The notes beneath the pieces are model-generated. The model worked only from the letters and a program-made list of their open reading frames with translations, was not told the DNA's origin and did no database searches. Shown here in pieces: positions 10,335-19,772 of a DNA stretch of 64,000 nt (the first letter of the stretch is position 1; each line of letters starts with the position of its first letter). The translations under genes were made by a program, and so were the position numbers. This DNA comes from an uncultured delta proteobacterium (GTDB lineage Bacteria > Desulfobacterota > Binatia > UBA9968), in contig CAWJZV010000030.1 of the NCBI GenBank assembly GCA_963847445.1, positions 416,001-480,000 of the forward strand, read 5' to 3'.

Positions 10335-11231
10335 CTAAAGCCCGCGGATGAACTCCAGGACGTTGCGGTTGAAGGCCTCGGGTTGCTCCCAGTTGATCGA
10401 GTGCGCGGCCTCGGGCAATACGATAAATTGTGCGCCGGGGATATGGGCGAGCTGGCGGCGCATCACCCAGGGCGGCGCTTGCAGGTCTTGATCTCCGGGC
10501 ATCAGCAGTGTCGGCACGCGAATCGTTGCGAGCTTGGCAAACGTGATCGTCTGGCGCTGCGGTTGTGCCGGCGCCTCTTTCTGTTTCGAGTTGTCATGAA
10601 TCTCCAGCCAGAGCTTGAGACCTTCGGGGTTGGTCGCCATGTAACCCATGCTGACTTCGCGAAACTCCGGCGGCCAACTGCGAAAATTCGGCAGCGCCGT
10701 CCTCTCGCGAATCTGGCTCAATTCCTCGTCGACGATGGCGCCGCCGCTGGCGGCGACGACCAGACTGCGCAGCCGCTCCGGATGCCAGAGCACGTAGTCG
10801 TAAGCCGCGAAGCCGCCGCCGGCCACGCCGACGAGATGAAATCGATCGAGTTTTAGATATTCCGCAAGAGCGTGCAGATCATCGGCGATGGTGCCGGGCT
10901 GCGGACCGGTGGCCGGATTCGCCGTGCTGCGGCCCCAGCCGCGCCGGTCGAAGGCGATGACCCGATATCCCGCCGCGACAAAACCTGGAATGTTGTACTG
11001 CCAACCGTCGGCGTTGCCGGTGTTGGCGTGGAGCAGCACCAGTGGCACGCCGTTCCCGCCGCTGTCGGTGTACCACAAGCGCACGCCCGGCAGATCGGCG
11101 TATCCCGTGAACTTCGAGGGAGGAGTAGTTACCGCGGTTGCCATCAACAGGAACACCGATCCCTCGCCCACGTCCACGCCCAGGAGCGCCGCGGCAAAGA
11201 GGCCAACAACCATCAAGTGCATGCCATTCAT
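10335..11231 (-). CDS. Alpha/beta-fold hydrolase family protein with signal peptide
   Basis: LVLLHA, VIAFDRRGWGRS, HLVGVAGGG, VPTLLMPGDQD, AAHSINWEQPEAFN. Confidence 0.85.
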   Translation of the reverse strand: MNGMHLMVVGLFAAALLGVDVGEGSVFLLMATAVTTPPSKFTGYADLPGVRLWYTDSGGNGVPLVLLHANTGNADGWQYNIPGFVAAGYRVIAFDRRGWGRSTANPATGPQPGTIADDLHALAEYLKLDRFHLVGVAGGGFAAYDYVLWHPERLRSLVVAASGGAIVDEELSQIRERTALPNFRSWPPEFREVSMGYMATNPEGLKLWLEIHDNSKQKEAPAQPQRQTITFAKLATIRVPTLLMPGDQDLQAPPWVMRRQLAHIPGAQFIVLPEAAHSINWEQPEAFNRNVLEFIRGL

Positions 11232-11253
11232 CAAGTGTCTCCTAGATGGCCAA

Positions 11254-12186
11254 CTAAACCTTCGGAAAAACATCCTTCGCCATCCACTCCATGCGTTCCA
11301 AGGTCTCCGCCGAGCTCGGCCGGCGCACGTCGAAGATCATGGTGTTGACACCGGCGGCGCCGTATTCGCGAATATCGGCGGCGATCTCTTCCGCTTGACC
11401 CATGAAACGGCGGCGGCGGTCGGCGATTTTTTTCTCTTTGTCGAAGAGCGAGCCTTTGAGAGCCACATGAATGGTTTTCGGGTCGCGGCCGGCTTTGACG
11501 GCATACTCACTCATGGTCGCCAAATCTTTTTTGACATCTTCCGGTTCGAGGGGAATCGTCGGCACGCCGCCGATGGGATGCCAGCCGTCGCCCAACTGGC
11601 CGGCGCGCTTGAGCGCCGATTTGCTATGGCCACCGATCCAGATGGGAATGGTTTTTTGCACCGGCTTGGGCAAGAAGATCAAATCGCTAAAGTTGACGAA
11701 CTGGCCTTTGAAGCTCGGCCGATCGCTGGTCCATAATTCGCGAAAGGCGCGGATGTACTCATCGGTGACCCGGCCGCGCGCTTCGTAATTGGGCGTTTGC
11801 AGATTCTCAAACTCTTCTTTCATCCAACCGACGCCGACGCCAACGATCACCCGGCCGCCGGAAAGCACGTCCAAACTCGCCAACATCTTGGCGGTCACGA
11901 CCGGGTTGCGATAGGGCAAGATCATCACGCTGGTGGCGAAGCGAATGCGCTGGGTCGCGCCGGCGAGATAACTCATGGTCATCAAGGTTTCGAGATGATA
12001 GCCCGTGCCGGGATACTTGCCGTCGACGGTGTAGGGATAAGGCACGGAAATATGGGTCGGCACGATCACGTGATCGGCCACCGTGAGCAAAGAAAAATCC
12101 AACGCCTCGGCGCGCTGGGCGAAACGAACCAGCTCCTCAGGTTTGACTGTCGCGCTCGATGCCGGCAGATGTAAGCCGTACTGCAT
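11254..12186 (-). CDS. LLM-class (luciferase-like) oxidoreductase, probably F420-dependent
   Basis: VADHVIVP, SVMILPYRNPVVTAKMLASLDVLSGGR, GVGWMKEEF, PIWIGGHS, GDGWHP. Confidence 0.9.
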   Translation of the reverse strand: MQYGLHLPASSATVKPEELVRFAQRAEALDFSLLTVADHVIVPTHISVPYPYTVDGKYPGTGYHLETLMTMSYLAGATQRIRFATSVMILPYRNPVVTAKMLASLDVLSGGRVIVGVGVGWMKEEFENLQTPNYEARGRVTDEYIRAFRELWTSDRPSFKGQFVNFSDLIFLPKPVQKTIPIWIGGHSKSALKRAGQLGDGWHPIGGVPTIPLEPEDVKKDLATMSEYAVKAGRDPKTIHVALKGSLFDKEKKIADRRRRFMGQAEEIAADIREYGAAGVNTMIFDVRRPSSAETLERMEWMAKDVFPKV

Positions 12187-12229
12187 GAAATCTCTACCTC
12201 GTTGTTTTGAATGATTGGGATCGATTCGT

Positions 12230-12484
12230 TCTCTCGCAAAGGCGCAAAGCCGCTAAGTGACGGGCTCAGCCGTCATCCCTTCGGTCGAAGTGACATTCGT
12301 CTCCACCCTTTGCGCTTAGCTCTTATGAAAATGCCGACTAGAGGCAAAAATCCCCCGGTCCTTCGGCCCGCCCCCTTTGGCAAAGGGGGCCATTGGGGGA
12401 TTTTCCGTCGTTGCTTTGAACGTGGCGCAGCTCATTTTCATTTGCTGTGTTGTACCGATTGGTACATGAATTACTTTGCGAGAA
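12230..12484. repeat. Nested composite element copy C
   Basis: A TCTCGCAAAG...CTTTGCGAGA host repeat encloses ATGAAAAT...AAATCCCCC-CCCCCTTTGGCAAAGGGGG-GGGGGATTTT...ATTTTCAT-N23-CATGAATTAC. Confidence 0.75.
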
Positions 12485-12514
12485 AGATTCCGATTTATTT
12501 GCATCCTTATGCGG

Positions 12515-13057
12515 CTAGATCGCCGCGGCGATTTTGACGGCCGACTCTAGCACGACGGCGTCGCCGATTTGAATCTCGCCGTCGCTCAGCACCGCGGCTT
12601 TGAGACCGCTGCGATGTTCCAGAGCTTTGAAGATCGCCGGTATTTTTGTCACGGCGACCAGATGGCCGCAAGGTTCGAACAAGCGGATGCCGCGCATGCG
12701 CACATTGCCGACCGTGAACTCACGGCCGAGCAGCTCGATGAGCGGCACGCCGCGGGTGACGATGTTGCGCCGGGTGAGAATACCGATCGCCTCGACACCG
12801 ATCTCCTTGGCGGCAAGCGCCAAGACTTCATCCTCGATCAAGCTCACCGCTTTGTCCGAGCGCTTCACGGCGTTCCAGGATTCACGATAGAATCGGTCGC
12901 CTTCCAGGCCGCGGTCGGCAACCGCGCGCACGCTGGGCACGGCTACCATCGCTTGCGCTGAAGCAGGCGTGATGAAGATCTCTTTGACATTCCCCTGCCA
13001 TGTTGAGCTCGCCGGCTGGTAACCGCGCCAAAGTTCTTTCGGCATTTCTTCGGGCAT
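12515..13057 (-). CDS. MOSC domain-containing protein
   Basis: GLEGDRF, AVSLI, RRNIVTRG, EPCGHL, GEIQIGD. Confidence 0.85.
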   Translation of the reverse strand: MPEEMPKELWRGYQPASSTWQGNVKEIFITPASAQAMVAVPSVRAVADRGLEGDRFYRESWNAVKRSDKAVSLIEDEVLALAAKEIGVEAIGILTRRNIVTRGVPLIELLGREFTVGNVRMRGIRLFEPCGHLVAVTKIPAIFKALEHRSGLKAAVLSDGEIQIGDAVVLESAVKIAAAI

Positions 13058-13095
13058 CGGTCGAATCGCCTGGGCCATGGGACCTCCCAAAACGA

Positions 13096-13125
13096 CGCCG
13101 GCCACTGATTTCTCAGTGGCCGGCG
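13096..13125 (-). terminator. Perfect 13-bp stem with GAAA loop (terminator or stabiliser hairpin)
   Basis: CGCCGGCCACTGA-TTTC-TCAGTGGCCGGCG between the cupin and MOSC genes. Confidence 0.5.
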
Positions 13126-13156
13126 GTTACTGACATAAGTGGGTCGAAGCGAAAAA

Positions 13157-13639
13157 CTATCCGGCCGAATCCGCGTAGAAACGCGTATCTTCGATCGGCG
13201 GCACGGTCTTGTTCTCTTCGGAGGAAGCGATTAACGGCTTGCCGTCCGGACGCACGCGCATCTCTTCGCCGCCCTGGGCCTTGCCCTTGATGCCGGCGCC
13301 GACGCGCAGCACGACCAGATTCTCAGTGCCGGTGTTGAGATAGCGGTAGTAGGCGCCCTTGGGGATCATGACACCCTGGTGCTTCTCGACTTTGATCTCG
13401 CCGCCCTTTTCGTCGAACACGCTCATCTGGCCTTCGAGCACGATGAAGGAGTGATCTTCGTCGAGATGACAGTGAATCTCATTCTCACCGCCTTCGTAGT
13501 TGATCTTGGTGTGGATCCACATGTTCTCGGTTTCCGCCACCAATTGGGTGATGCGGCCCTGCTTCATGTAGGGCGTGCGCAGGGAAAACTTCTGCGTGCG
13601 CGGTTTCTCCGTCGTTGCTAATTTCTTTGCTGGTTCCAT
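13157..13639 (-). CDS. Cupin domain protein
   Basis: GGENEIHCHLDEDHSFIVLEG ... GVMIPKGAYYRYLNTG. Start MEPAKK follows an AAGGAAG RBS. Confidence 0.85.
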   Translation of the reverse strand: MEPAKKLATTEKPRTQKFSLRTPYMKQGRITQLVAETENMWIHTKINYEGGENEIHCHLDEDHSFIVLEGQMSVFDEKGGEIKVEKHQGVMIPKGAYYRYLNTGTENLVVLRVGAGIKGKAQGGEEMRVRPDGKPLIASSEENKTVPPIEDTRFYADSAG

Positions 13640-13664
13640 CGTTCTTCCTTTCTGGGGTTTAGTT

Positions 13665-14726
13665 TTAGTTGTTAATACCGTCGACTTTGATGTGGTACAG
13701 ATCGAGGACGTTCTGGCGCACCACCTTGTCGATGACGTTCTTGGGCAGATGGCCCAACTCATCGGCGATCACCTGGCGCGAGTGCGGCCAAGTGGAGGCG
13801 GCGTGGGGATAGTCGCTCGACCACATGAAATTGTCTTCGCCGAACCAATCCATCATGCGGCCGCCGGCGGGATCGCTGAAGAAGGTCGCGAACACTTGGT
13901 CTTTGACATATTCGCCGGGGAGCTTTTTCATGTAGGCCAGCGGCGCTTTCGGGCTGTGGCGGACGTAGTACTTGTCCCACTCGTGACAGTAGAAGGGAAT
14001 CCAGCCCACTTCGTTTTCGACGTAGACCAATTTGAGCTTGGGAAACTTCGCCAGGGGGCCGCCGAAGACGAAGTCGAACAAAGTGTTCGCCGCGTCGGTG
14101 AGCTTCTGGTTGACCGTCATGCGGTAAGTGTCCAAACCTTTGCGATCGAAACGGCTGTAGTTGAAGCCGGTCAAGATATGCACGTTAACCGGCATATCGA
14201 GCTCGCCCGCCGCCTCCCAGAAAGGATTGTAGTAGTCGCTGGTAAACGGCAGATGGTCCGGCGGTACCTGCCAGATCATGCAGCCGACCATGCCGTTCTT
14301 CTTGCAGCGCTCGAGTTCTTTGATCGCGTTGGGAATGTTGTACATCGAGATCATCGGAATACCGAACAGCCTTCCTGGCGCCGCTTTGCAGTACTCCATC
14401 ATCCAATCGTTGGCGATCTCGAAGCACGCCTCTTGGAGCGGCGCGTCTTCCATCGCGTAAAGGCGCAAGCCGTAGGTGGCGTAAAGCACCTCGGCGCTGA
14501 CGCCATCGACAGCCATTTCATCCAGGCGCGCCTTGGGGTTCCAACCGCCGGGTTTCTCACCGGGAGAATTGCGCGGCGGAAATTTCGGGAATTTGGCGGC
14601 AAGACTCGGCGTGAGATTCTTCAGCCAAAGATCCTCGGGTTCCATGATATGTGAGTCCGACGACACGATCTTGTCCTGGCCAAGAACCTGCTCGGCGGTC
14701 CGCTTGACTCCTGTAGCAGTAGTCAT
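13665..14726 (-). CDS. Amidohydrolase family 2 protein
   Basis: VSSDSHIMEP, FPKLKLVYVENEVGW, MWSSDYPH. Confidence 0.9.
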   Translation of the reverse strand: MTTATGVKRTAEQVLGQDKIVSSDSHIMEPEDLWLKNLTPSLAAKFPKFPPRNSPGEKPGGWNPKARLDEMAVDGVSAEVLYATYGLRLYAMEDAPLQEACFEIANDWMMEYCKAAPGRLFGIPMISMYNIPNAIKELERCKKNGMVGCMIWQVPPDHLPFTSDYYNPFWEAAGELDMPVNVHILTGFNYSRFDRKGLDTYRMTVNQKLTDAANTLFDFVFGGPLAKFPKLKLVYVENEVGWIPFYCHEWDKYYVRHSPKAPLAYMKKLPGEYVKDQVFATFFSDPAGGRMMDWFGEDNFMWSSDYPHAASTWPHSRQVIADELGHLPKNVIDKVVRQNVLDLYHIKVDGINN

Positions 14727-14859
14727 GATTCTATGTCCTCCTCTTGTTTAACACTGATTTTCTTTTGATTTATTCCTTTTTGGGCCTTTTGTCTAGGGCA
14801 AATTGGCCATCCGCAGAATGGACTTTCGCCAAAGCATGGCGTAAAACATTTTATCAATC

Positions 14860-15694
14860 ATGAGATCCCTCAAGGGTTATTTTCTGCGCTGCTTGTCCGT
14901 CCTATTGATCCCCGCAGCGCTGTTTGGCGCCGAGGCGCAAAACGCCTTTAACGAAGGCGTGAAGCAGTACAAAGCAGCCAAGTACAAAGAAGCCGTGGCC
15001 GCGTTCAACCGCGCCATCAAGGCGGCGCCCAAATCGGACGAAGCCTATAACAACCGCGGCCTGGCCTACGCCAAATTGGGCCAGCAGGACAACGCGCTCA
15101 AGGACTACGACGAGGCGCTCAAGCTAAATCCCAATCTCACCGACGCCCAGTTCAACCGCGGCAACGTTTTTTTCAACCAGAAGCAATACGATCGAGCGAT
15201 AAAAGACTTTGACGAGGTGATCAAGCAGGACCCCAAAGCGCCGCGGGTCTTCGTCCAGCGCGGACTGGCGTTTTTGCATCTCAAACAGTTCGACAAAGCG
15301 GTTCAGGACTTCAACCAGGCGCAGAAGCTCGACCCGAAGGATGCCGAGATCTACTACAACCGCGGCCTGGCCCATCGGCGCCTCGGCAAGAACGATTTGG
15401 CGGTGCAAGACTACAGCGAGGCGATCAAGCTCGAGCCGAAAAACGGCGAGAACTACAACAACCGCGCCAACGCCTACTCGCTGCTCGGCAAATATGACGA
15501 AGCGGTGAAAGACTATGACGAGGCGATCAAGTTAAACGGCAAGGACGCCAGAATCTACGCCAACCGCGGCGTCATCAAGCAGCGGCTGAAAAAGGATGAC
15601 GAAGCCCAGAAGGATTTTCAAAAAGCAGTGGAATTGGACCCCAGCCTGAAAGACAAGCTCGCCTCATTCATCGCTGCCGACAAAAGGCAAGTAA
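14860..15694 (+). CDS. Exported tetratricopeptide-repeat protein
   Basis: Signal peptide plus tandem TPRs (AYNNRGLAY...A..DY.EA..L.P). The probable true stop at 15694 needs one frameshift. Confidence 0.9.
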
Positions 15695-15697
15695 ATC

Positions 15698-16753
15698 ATG
15701 GCGCGCGCGCTGCTTATAATTGGCTATTTACTCGGGCTCACCGGTGGTACGGTTCCGGCCTGGGCGGGCCAGGTTGAAGATCCACTGAAAACCGCTGTCG
15801 AACTGCACGACAGCGGCAAAGTCAAAGAAGCCGTCGCCGAATACGACAAGGTCATCAAGGCCCACCCCAAACTGGCCGAAGCCTACTTCAACCGCGGCAA
15901 CGCCCATTTCGACCTCGGACAGAACCAACAAGCGGTCAAAGACTACAGCGAGGCGATCCGGCTCAATCCCAAGGACGCCGAGGCTTATTTCAGTCGCGGC
16001 AATAGCTATCGGCGCTTGAAACAGGACGCGGCCGCGCTCAACGATTACACCAGCGCCATCAAGCTCAATCCCGACGACGCCAAGAGTTATACCAATCGCG
16101 CCAATATTCACTTCGACGCGCGCCGCTATGAGGCCGCGCTGGCGGACCAAAACCAAGCGCTGCGCATCGACGCGAAGGATGCCCAGCATTATTTCAACCG
16201 CGCCAACAGCTATCTCGCGCTGAATAAAAAAGACGAAGCGATCAAAGACTACGACGCCGCGCTCAGCCGCGATCCCAAGCTCGCCGATGCCTATTACAAC
16301 CGCGGTATCGCCCACGCCGACTCGAATAAACTTGACGACGCCGTGCGCGACTTCGACGCCGCGATCAAGCTCAATCCGAAAAACTCCGAAGCTTTCTACA
16401 ATCGCGGACTGGCCAACGGCAAACTGGGCAAGTATGATGCGGCCATCGACGATTACGGCGAAGCGATTCGGCTCAATCCCAAGGACGCCGAGGCGCCGTT
16501 CAATCGCGGCCTGGCCTACATGCGCGTCGATAAGAACGATTTCGCGGCGCGGGATTTCACCGAAGTGATCAGTCTGCAACCGAAACATACCGACGCTTAC
16601 GTCTATCGCGGCCTCATCCGCATCTACCAGGATCGCGAGAAAGACGCCGACGCCGACTTCCAAAAAGCCTATCGGTTGAATCCGGCGCTCAAGAAAAAAT
16701 TGGAACCGGTGATCGCCGAGGCCAAAGCCAAGGCGAAGAAAACCGCCAAGTAA
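15698..16753 (+). CDS. Exported tetratricopeptide-repeat protein
   Basis: Signal peptide plus about 9 near-consensus 34-aa TPRs. Confidence 0.9.
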   Translation: MARALLIIGYLLGLTGGTVPAWAGQVEDPLKTAVELHDSGKVKEAVAEYDKVIKAHPKLAEAYFNRGNAHFDLGQNQQAVKDYSEAIRLNPKDAEAYFSRGNSYRRLKQDAAALNDYTSAIKLNPDDAKSYTNRANIHFDARRYEAALADQNQALRIDAKDAQHYFNRANSYLALNKKDEAIKDYDAALSRDPKLADAYYNRGIAHADSNKLDDAVRDFDAAIKLNPKNSEAFYNRGLANGKLGKYDAAIDDYGEAIRLNPKDAEAPFNRGLAYMRVDKNDFAARDFTEVISLQPKHTDAYVYRGLIRIYQDREKDADADFQKAYRLNPALKKKLEPVIAEAKAKAKKTAK

Positions 16754-16768
16754 ACCAAGCAAACTCTC

Positions 16769-17189
16769 ATGGCGGAAACCAATCTCTTCGGCGGATTGAC
16801 CGGCGGCCTGCTGATCGGACTCGCCGCTGCCCTGCTCTTGCTCGTCAACGGCCGCATCGCCGGCATCTCGGGCATCCTCGGCGGGTTGATTACTGCCAAT
16901 TTCCCAAGCGAACGGCTCTGGCGCGGCGCCTTCATCATCGGTCTGGTGTGCGGCGCGGCAGTCTACGCCTGGCTTCATGGCGGTCTTCCCCTACAACTTC
17001 AAACCAGTAACTCCGGATTGCTGCTCGCCGGACTGCTGGTCGGCTTCGGCACGAGGCTAGGCTCCGGTTGCACCTCCGGCCATGGCGTGTGCGGCTTAGC
17101 GCGCCGCTCGCCGCGCTCGCTTGGCCGCCACTGCGACCTTCATCGCTTGCGGGATGTTGACGGTGTATTTGACCAGGCATGTATTCTAA
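16769..17189 (+). CDS. YeeE/YedE-family (sulfur-compound transport) membrane protein, first of a pair
   Basis: GRIAGISG and [16 protein letters not shown]. Frameshift near 17122; the stop overlaps the next start (TAATG). Confidence 0.85.
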
Positions 17190-17603
17190 TGCTTTTGCTC
17201 ATCAGCAGCTTCGCCCTGGGCGTCCTGTTCGCCTTCGGACTTACCATTTCAGAAATGATCGACCCGGCGCGGGTGATCGGCTTCCTCGACATTGCCGGGC
17301 CATTGGGATGCCACACTTCTGTTCGTCATGGGCGGCGCGCTGGCCATTACCCTGCCGCTTTTCCCATGGATACATAAGCGCGAAAAATCGCTCCTCGGCG
17401 AACGGCTTTATCTGCCGACCCAAACACATATCGATGCCCGCCTGGTCATTGGCGCGGCGATCTTTGGTACCGGCTGGGGTCTCGCCGGTCTCTGCCCCGG
17501 ACCGGCGATTGCTGGCTTGGCCAGCGGCTCCGGCGGTGTCTGGTTGTTTGTCCTGGCGATGATCGCCGGACAATGGCTGGCGGGTCGATTTAACCCGCGC
17601 TAA
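17189..17603 (+). CDS. YeeE/YedE-family membrane protein, second of a pair
   Basis: MIDPARVIGFLD, WDATLLFVMGGA, FGTGWGLAGLCPGP. One frameshift near 17298. Confidence 0.85.
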
Positions 17604-17733
17604 CACATGCCGATGACGGCGCTGATTGAAGCGGCTCTTGACTCGGCCAAGCGATTGCCGCTAGCTAGTTTGAGCAACCCTTGGCAATTCATCTCCAAGG
17701 CGCTGAATAACTTTCGGTTATAGGACTTTTCCA

Positions 17734-19329
17734 ATGGGTGAGACGCGCGTCGATCTGCAACATTTACTCGAAGACTTGCGGGACGCCTACCCTGGCTCCA
17801 TCGAGGAAACCATTCTCACCGAGATCATGGCCAACTCGCTCGATTCCGGCGCGACCACGATCCAGTTATTCACCGATCCTGCCGCGCGCACTTTGACCGT
17901 CACCGACAACGGTAGCGGCATGCAGCGCCGCGAATTGGCGCGTTTTCACAACATCGCGTCGAGCACCAAGAGCCGCGGCGAAGGCATCGGTTTTGCCGGC
18001 GTCGGCATCAAGTTGGGGCTTTTGGTCTGTGAGGAAGTGTTCACCGAAACCCGCCGGGGCAAAACCCATATTGCCAGTTCCTGGCATCTGGCGACGCGCA
18101 ATCGCGCGCCGTGGAAATGGGTGGCACCCCTGAAGCTGATCGCCGAACGCGGCACGGCGGTGCGCTTGCAAGTCGAGAATCCATTATCGCCGCTGCTCGA
18201 TCCGGGCTTTTTAGCGGTGACCCTGCGGCGCCATTTTCAACCCCTGCTGGACCCCAGCTTCGACGAGTTTTTGCGCGGCCATTATCCCAGTGGCGTCGCC
18301 ATCGAGGTCGACGGCCGACGGCTGGACAAACAGGGCTGGAGCGCGCCGCGCGCGGCGCCATTGGAAATTCGCCTCATGCGCAAACGTAAAGCCGCCGCTT
18401 CGGGTTATCTGATTCGCGCCGATCATCCTTTGCCCGAGGAGCGCCAGGGTTTGTCGATCAGCACCTATGGGAAAGTCATCCGGCGCGGCTGGGACTGGCT
18501 GGGTCTGACGCCGGCGGCAGCCGATTGCGTCGGCGGCATCATCGAAGTGCCGGAGCTCGCCGCCTGCCTGACCCTCAACAAGGGCGACTTCATCCGCGCC
18601 GGCGCCCGCGGCGCGACCTATTTAGGATTTCGCAAAGCGATCCAAGAAGCGGTCGGCAGGCAACTCGCCCTCTGGGGCGATGGCCGGAGCGGCGCCGAAC
18701 AAGCGCCACCACGGGAAGTGCGGCCGCTACAGCGCGACCTCGTGCAAGTATTGGAAGACCTGGCGCTGGACTTCCCCCTGCTCGGCTCCCTGGTCGAGCA
18801 AAGAGCCGGCGGACAAAAACGATTGCCGCTGGGCATACGCGGCGCCGGCAGCGATGGCCGTGGTTTCGTCGCGGCATCACTCACCGCGGCGGCGCAGAGC
18901 GAACCAACCGAGAACCCGCCAGCCACCGCGGCGGCTTCAACAGATTCAAGCCCGGCCACTGCGTCAGCAGTGGTGCATGAAGCTAACGATGGCTACGGCA
19001 CCGACGGCAGCTCAATTCAATTGCCGAGTAAGTCCATCGTCCGCCGTCCAGCGCATTACGGCTTGGACATTCAATTCGCAGACAGGCCCGACGACATCGA
19101 ACTGGGCCGCTTGACCGAATCGACCGTCTGGGTCAACCGCGCCCACCCGGCTTACCGGCGCGCCCAAGCCTCGCATTCGGTCGGTTACCACATCGCATTA
19201 GCGGTCGCGATGGCGCTGGCGCCGCTTGCCGTCGAGGCGCCGCACCAGCATGGATTTGTCAGCGCGTTCCTGTCGCGCTGGGGCGAAGCCATCGACAAGC
19301 CAAGCGCGCGCCGCGAGCACAAACGTTAG
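17734..19329 (+). CDS. GHKL (HATPase_c) ATP-binding protein, MORC/Hsp90-like
   Basis: GHKL motifs EIMANSLD, DNGSGM and IGFAGVGIK. A low-complexity linker precedes a C-terminal VWVNRAHPAY. Confidence 0.8.
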   Translation: MGETRVDLQHLLEDLRDAYPGSIEETILTEIMANSLDSGATTIQLFTDPAARTLTVTDNGSGMQRRELARFHNIASSTKSRGEGIGFAGVGIKLGLLVCEEVFTETRRGKTHIASSWHLATRNRAPWKWVAPLKLIAERGTAVRLQVENPLSPLLDPGFLAVTLRRHFQPLLDPSFDEFLRGHYPSGVAIEVDGRRLDKQGWSAPRAAPLEIRLMRKRKAAASGYLIRADHPLPEERQGLSISTYGKVIRRGWDWLGLTPAAADCVGGIIEVPELAACLTLNKGDFIRAGARGATYLGFRKAIQEAVGRQLALWGDGRSGAEQAPPREVRPLQRDLVQVLEDLALDFPLLGSLVEQRAGGQKRLPLGIRGAGSDGRGFVAASLTAAAQSEPTENPPATAAASTDSSPATASAVVHEANDGYGTDGSSIQLPSKSIVRRPAHYGLDIQFADRPDDIELGRLTESTVWVNRAHPAYRRAQASHSVGYHIALAVAMALAPLAVEAPHQHGFVSAFLSRWGEAIDKPSARREHKR

Positions 19330-19401
19330 CTGCATAAGAAAACAAGTCGTCACCACCAAGGCCACAGCGCGGCTATGCCGCAACCAAATGGGAAAGAGTA
19401 T

Positions 19402-19695
19402 TCACCACGAAGTGATTCATGAGATTACGCATCGCCTACAGAGCATGAAAATACCGGAATCCCCCTCTCGGGGTTCATTCCTTAGATCGTCATACCGGCG
19501 CAGGCCGGTATCCAGCGGCGGGCTCGCGATGGATACCGGCCTGCGCCGGCATGACGGAACAGAGAGTCGTTATCGATGCGCAGATCATCGCTGCACGTGT
19601 ATTTTCGAAGGAGGACACGAAGATCACGAGGTCGGGGTTCAAACTATCCGACTATGCCGAACGCGTTCGTGCCCTTCAGATGATCTTCGTGGTGA
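19402..19695. repeat. Nested composite element copy B, bounded by 11-bp inverted repeats
   Basis: TCACCACGAAG ... CTTCGTGGTGA ends. Inside: GTGATTCATG-N23-ATGAAAAT, the pair GTCATACCGGCGCAGGCCGGTATCCA / TGGATACCGGCCTGCGCCGGCATGAC, and TGTATTTTCGAAGG. Confidence 0.8.
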
Positions 19696-19772
19696 GACGG
19701 GATCTTCTCATTGAATGCGAACGCTAACGATCGCAGCACTCGCGCGTAGCCGTTATCCAAACTTTAATCAAG

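Noticed and set aside
15728-16978. Long antisense ORFs (for example 15728..16978, 13575..14654, 3852..4949)
   Set aside because: They are shadows of strongly codon-biased genes on the opposite strand and have no recognisable motifs.
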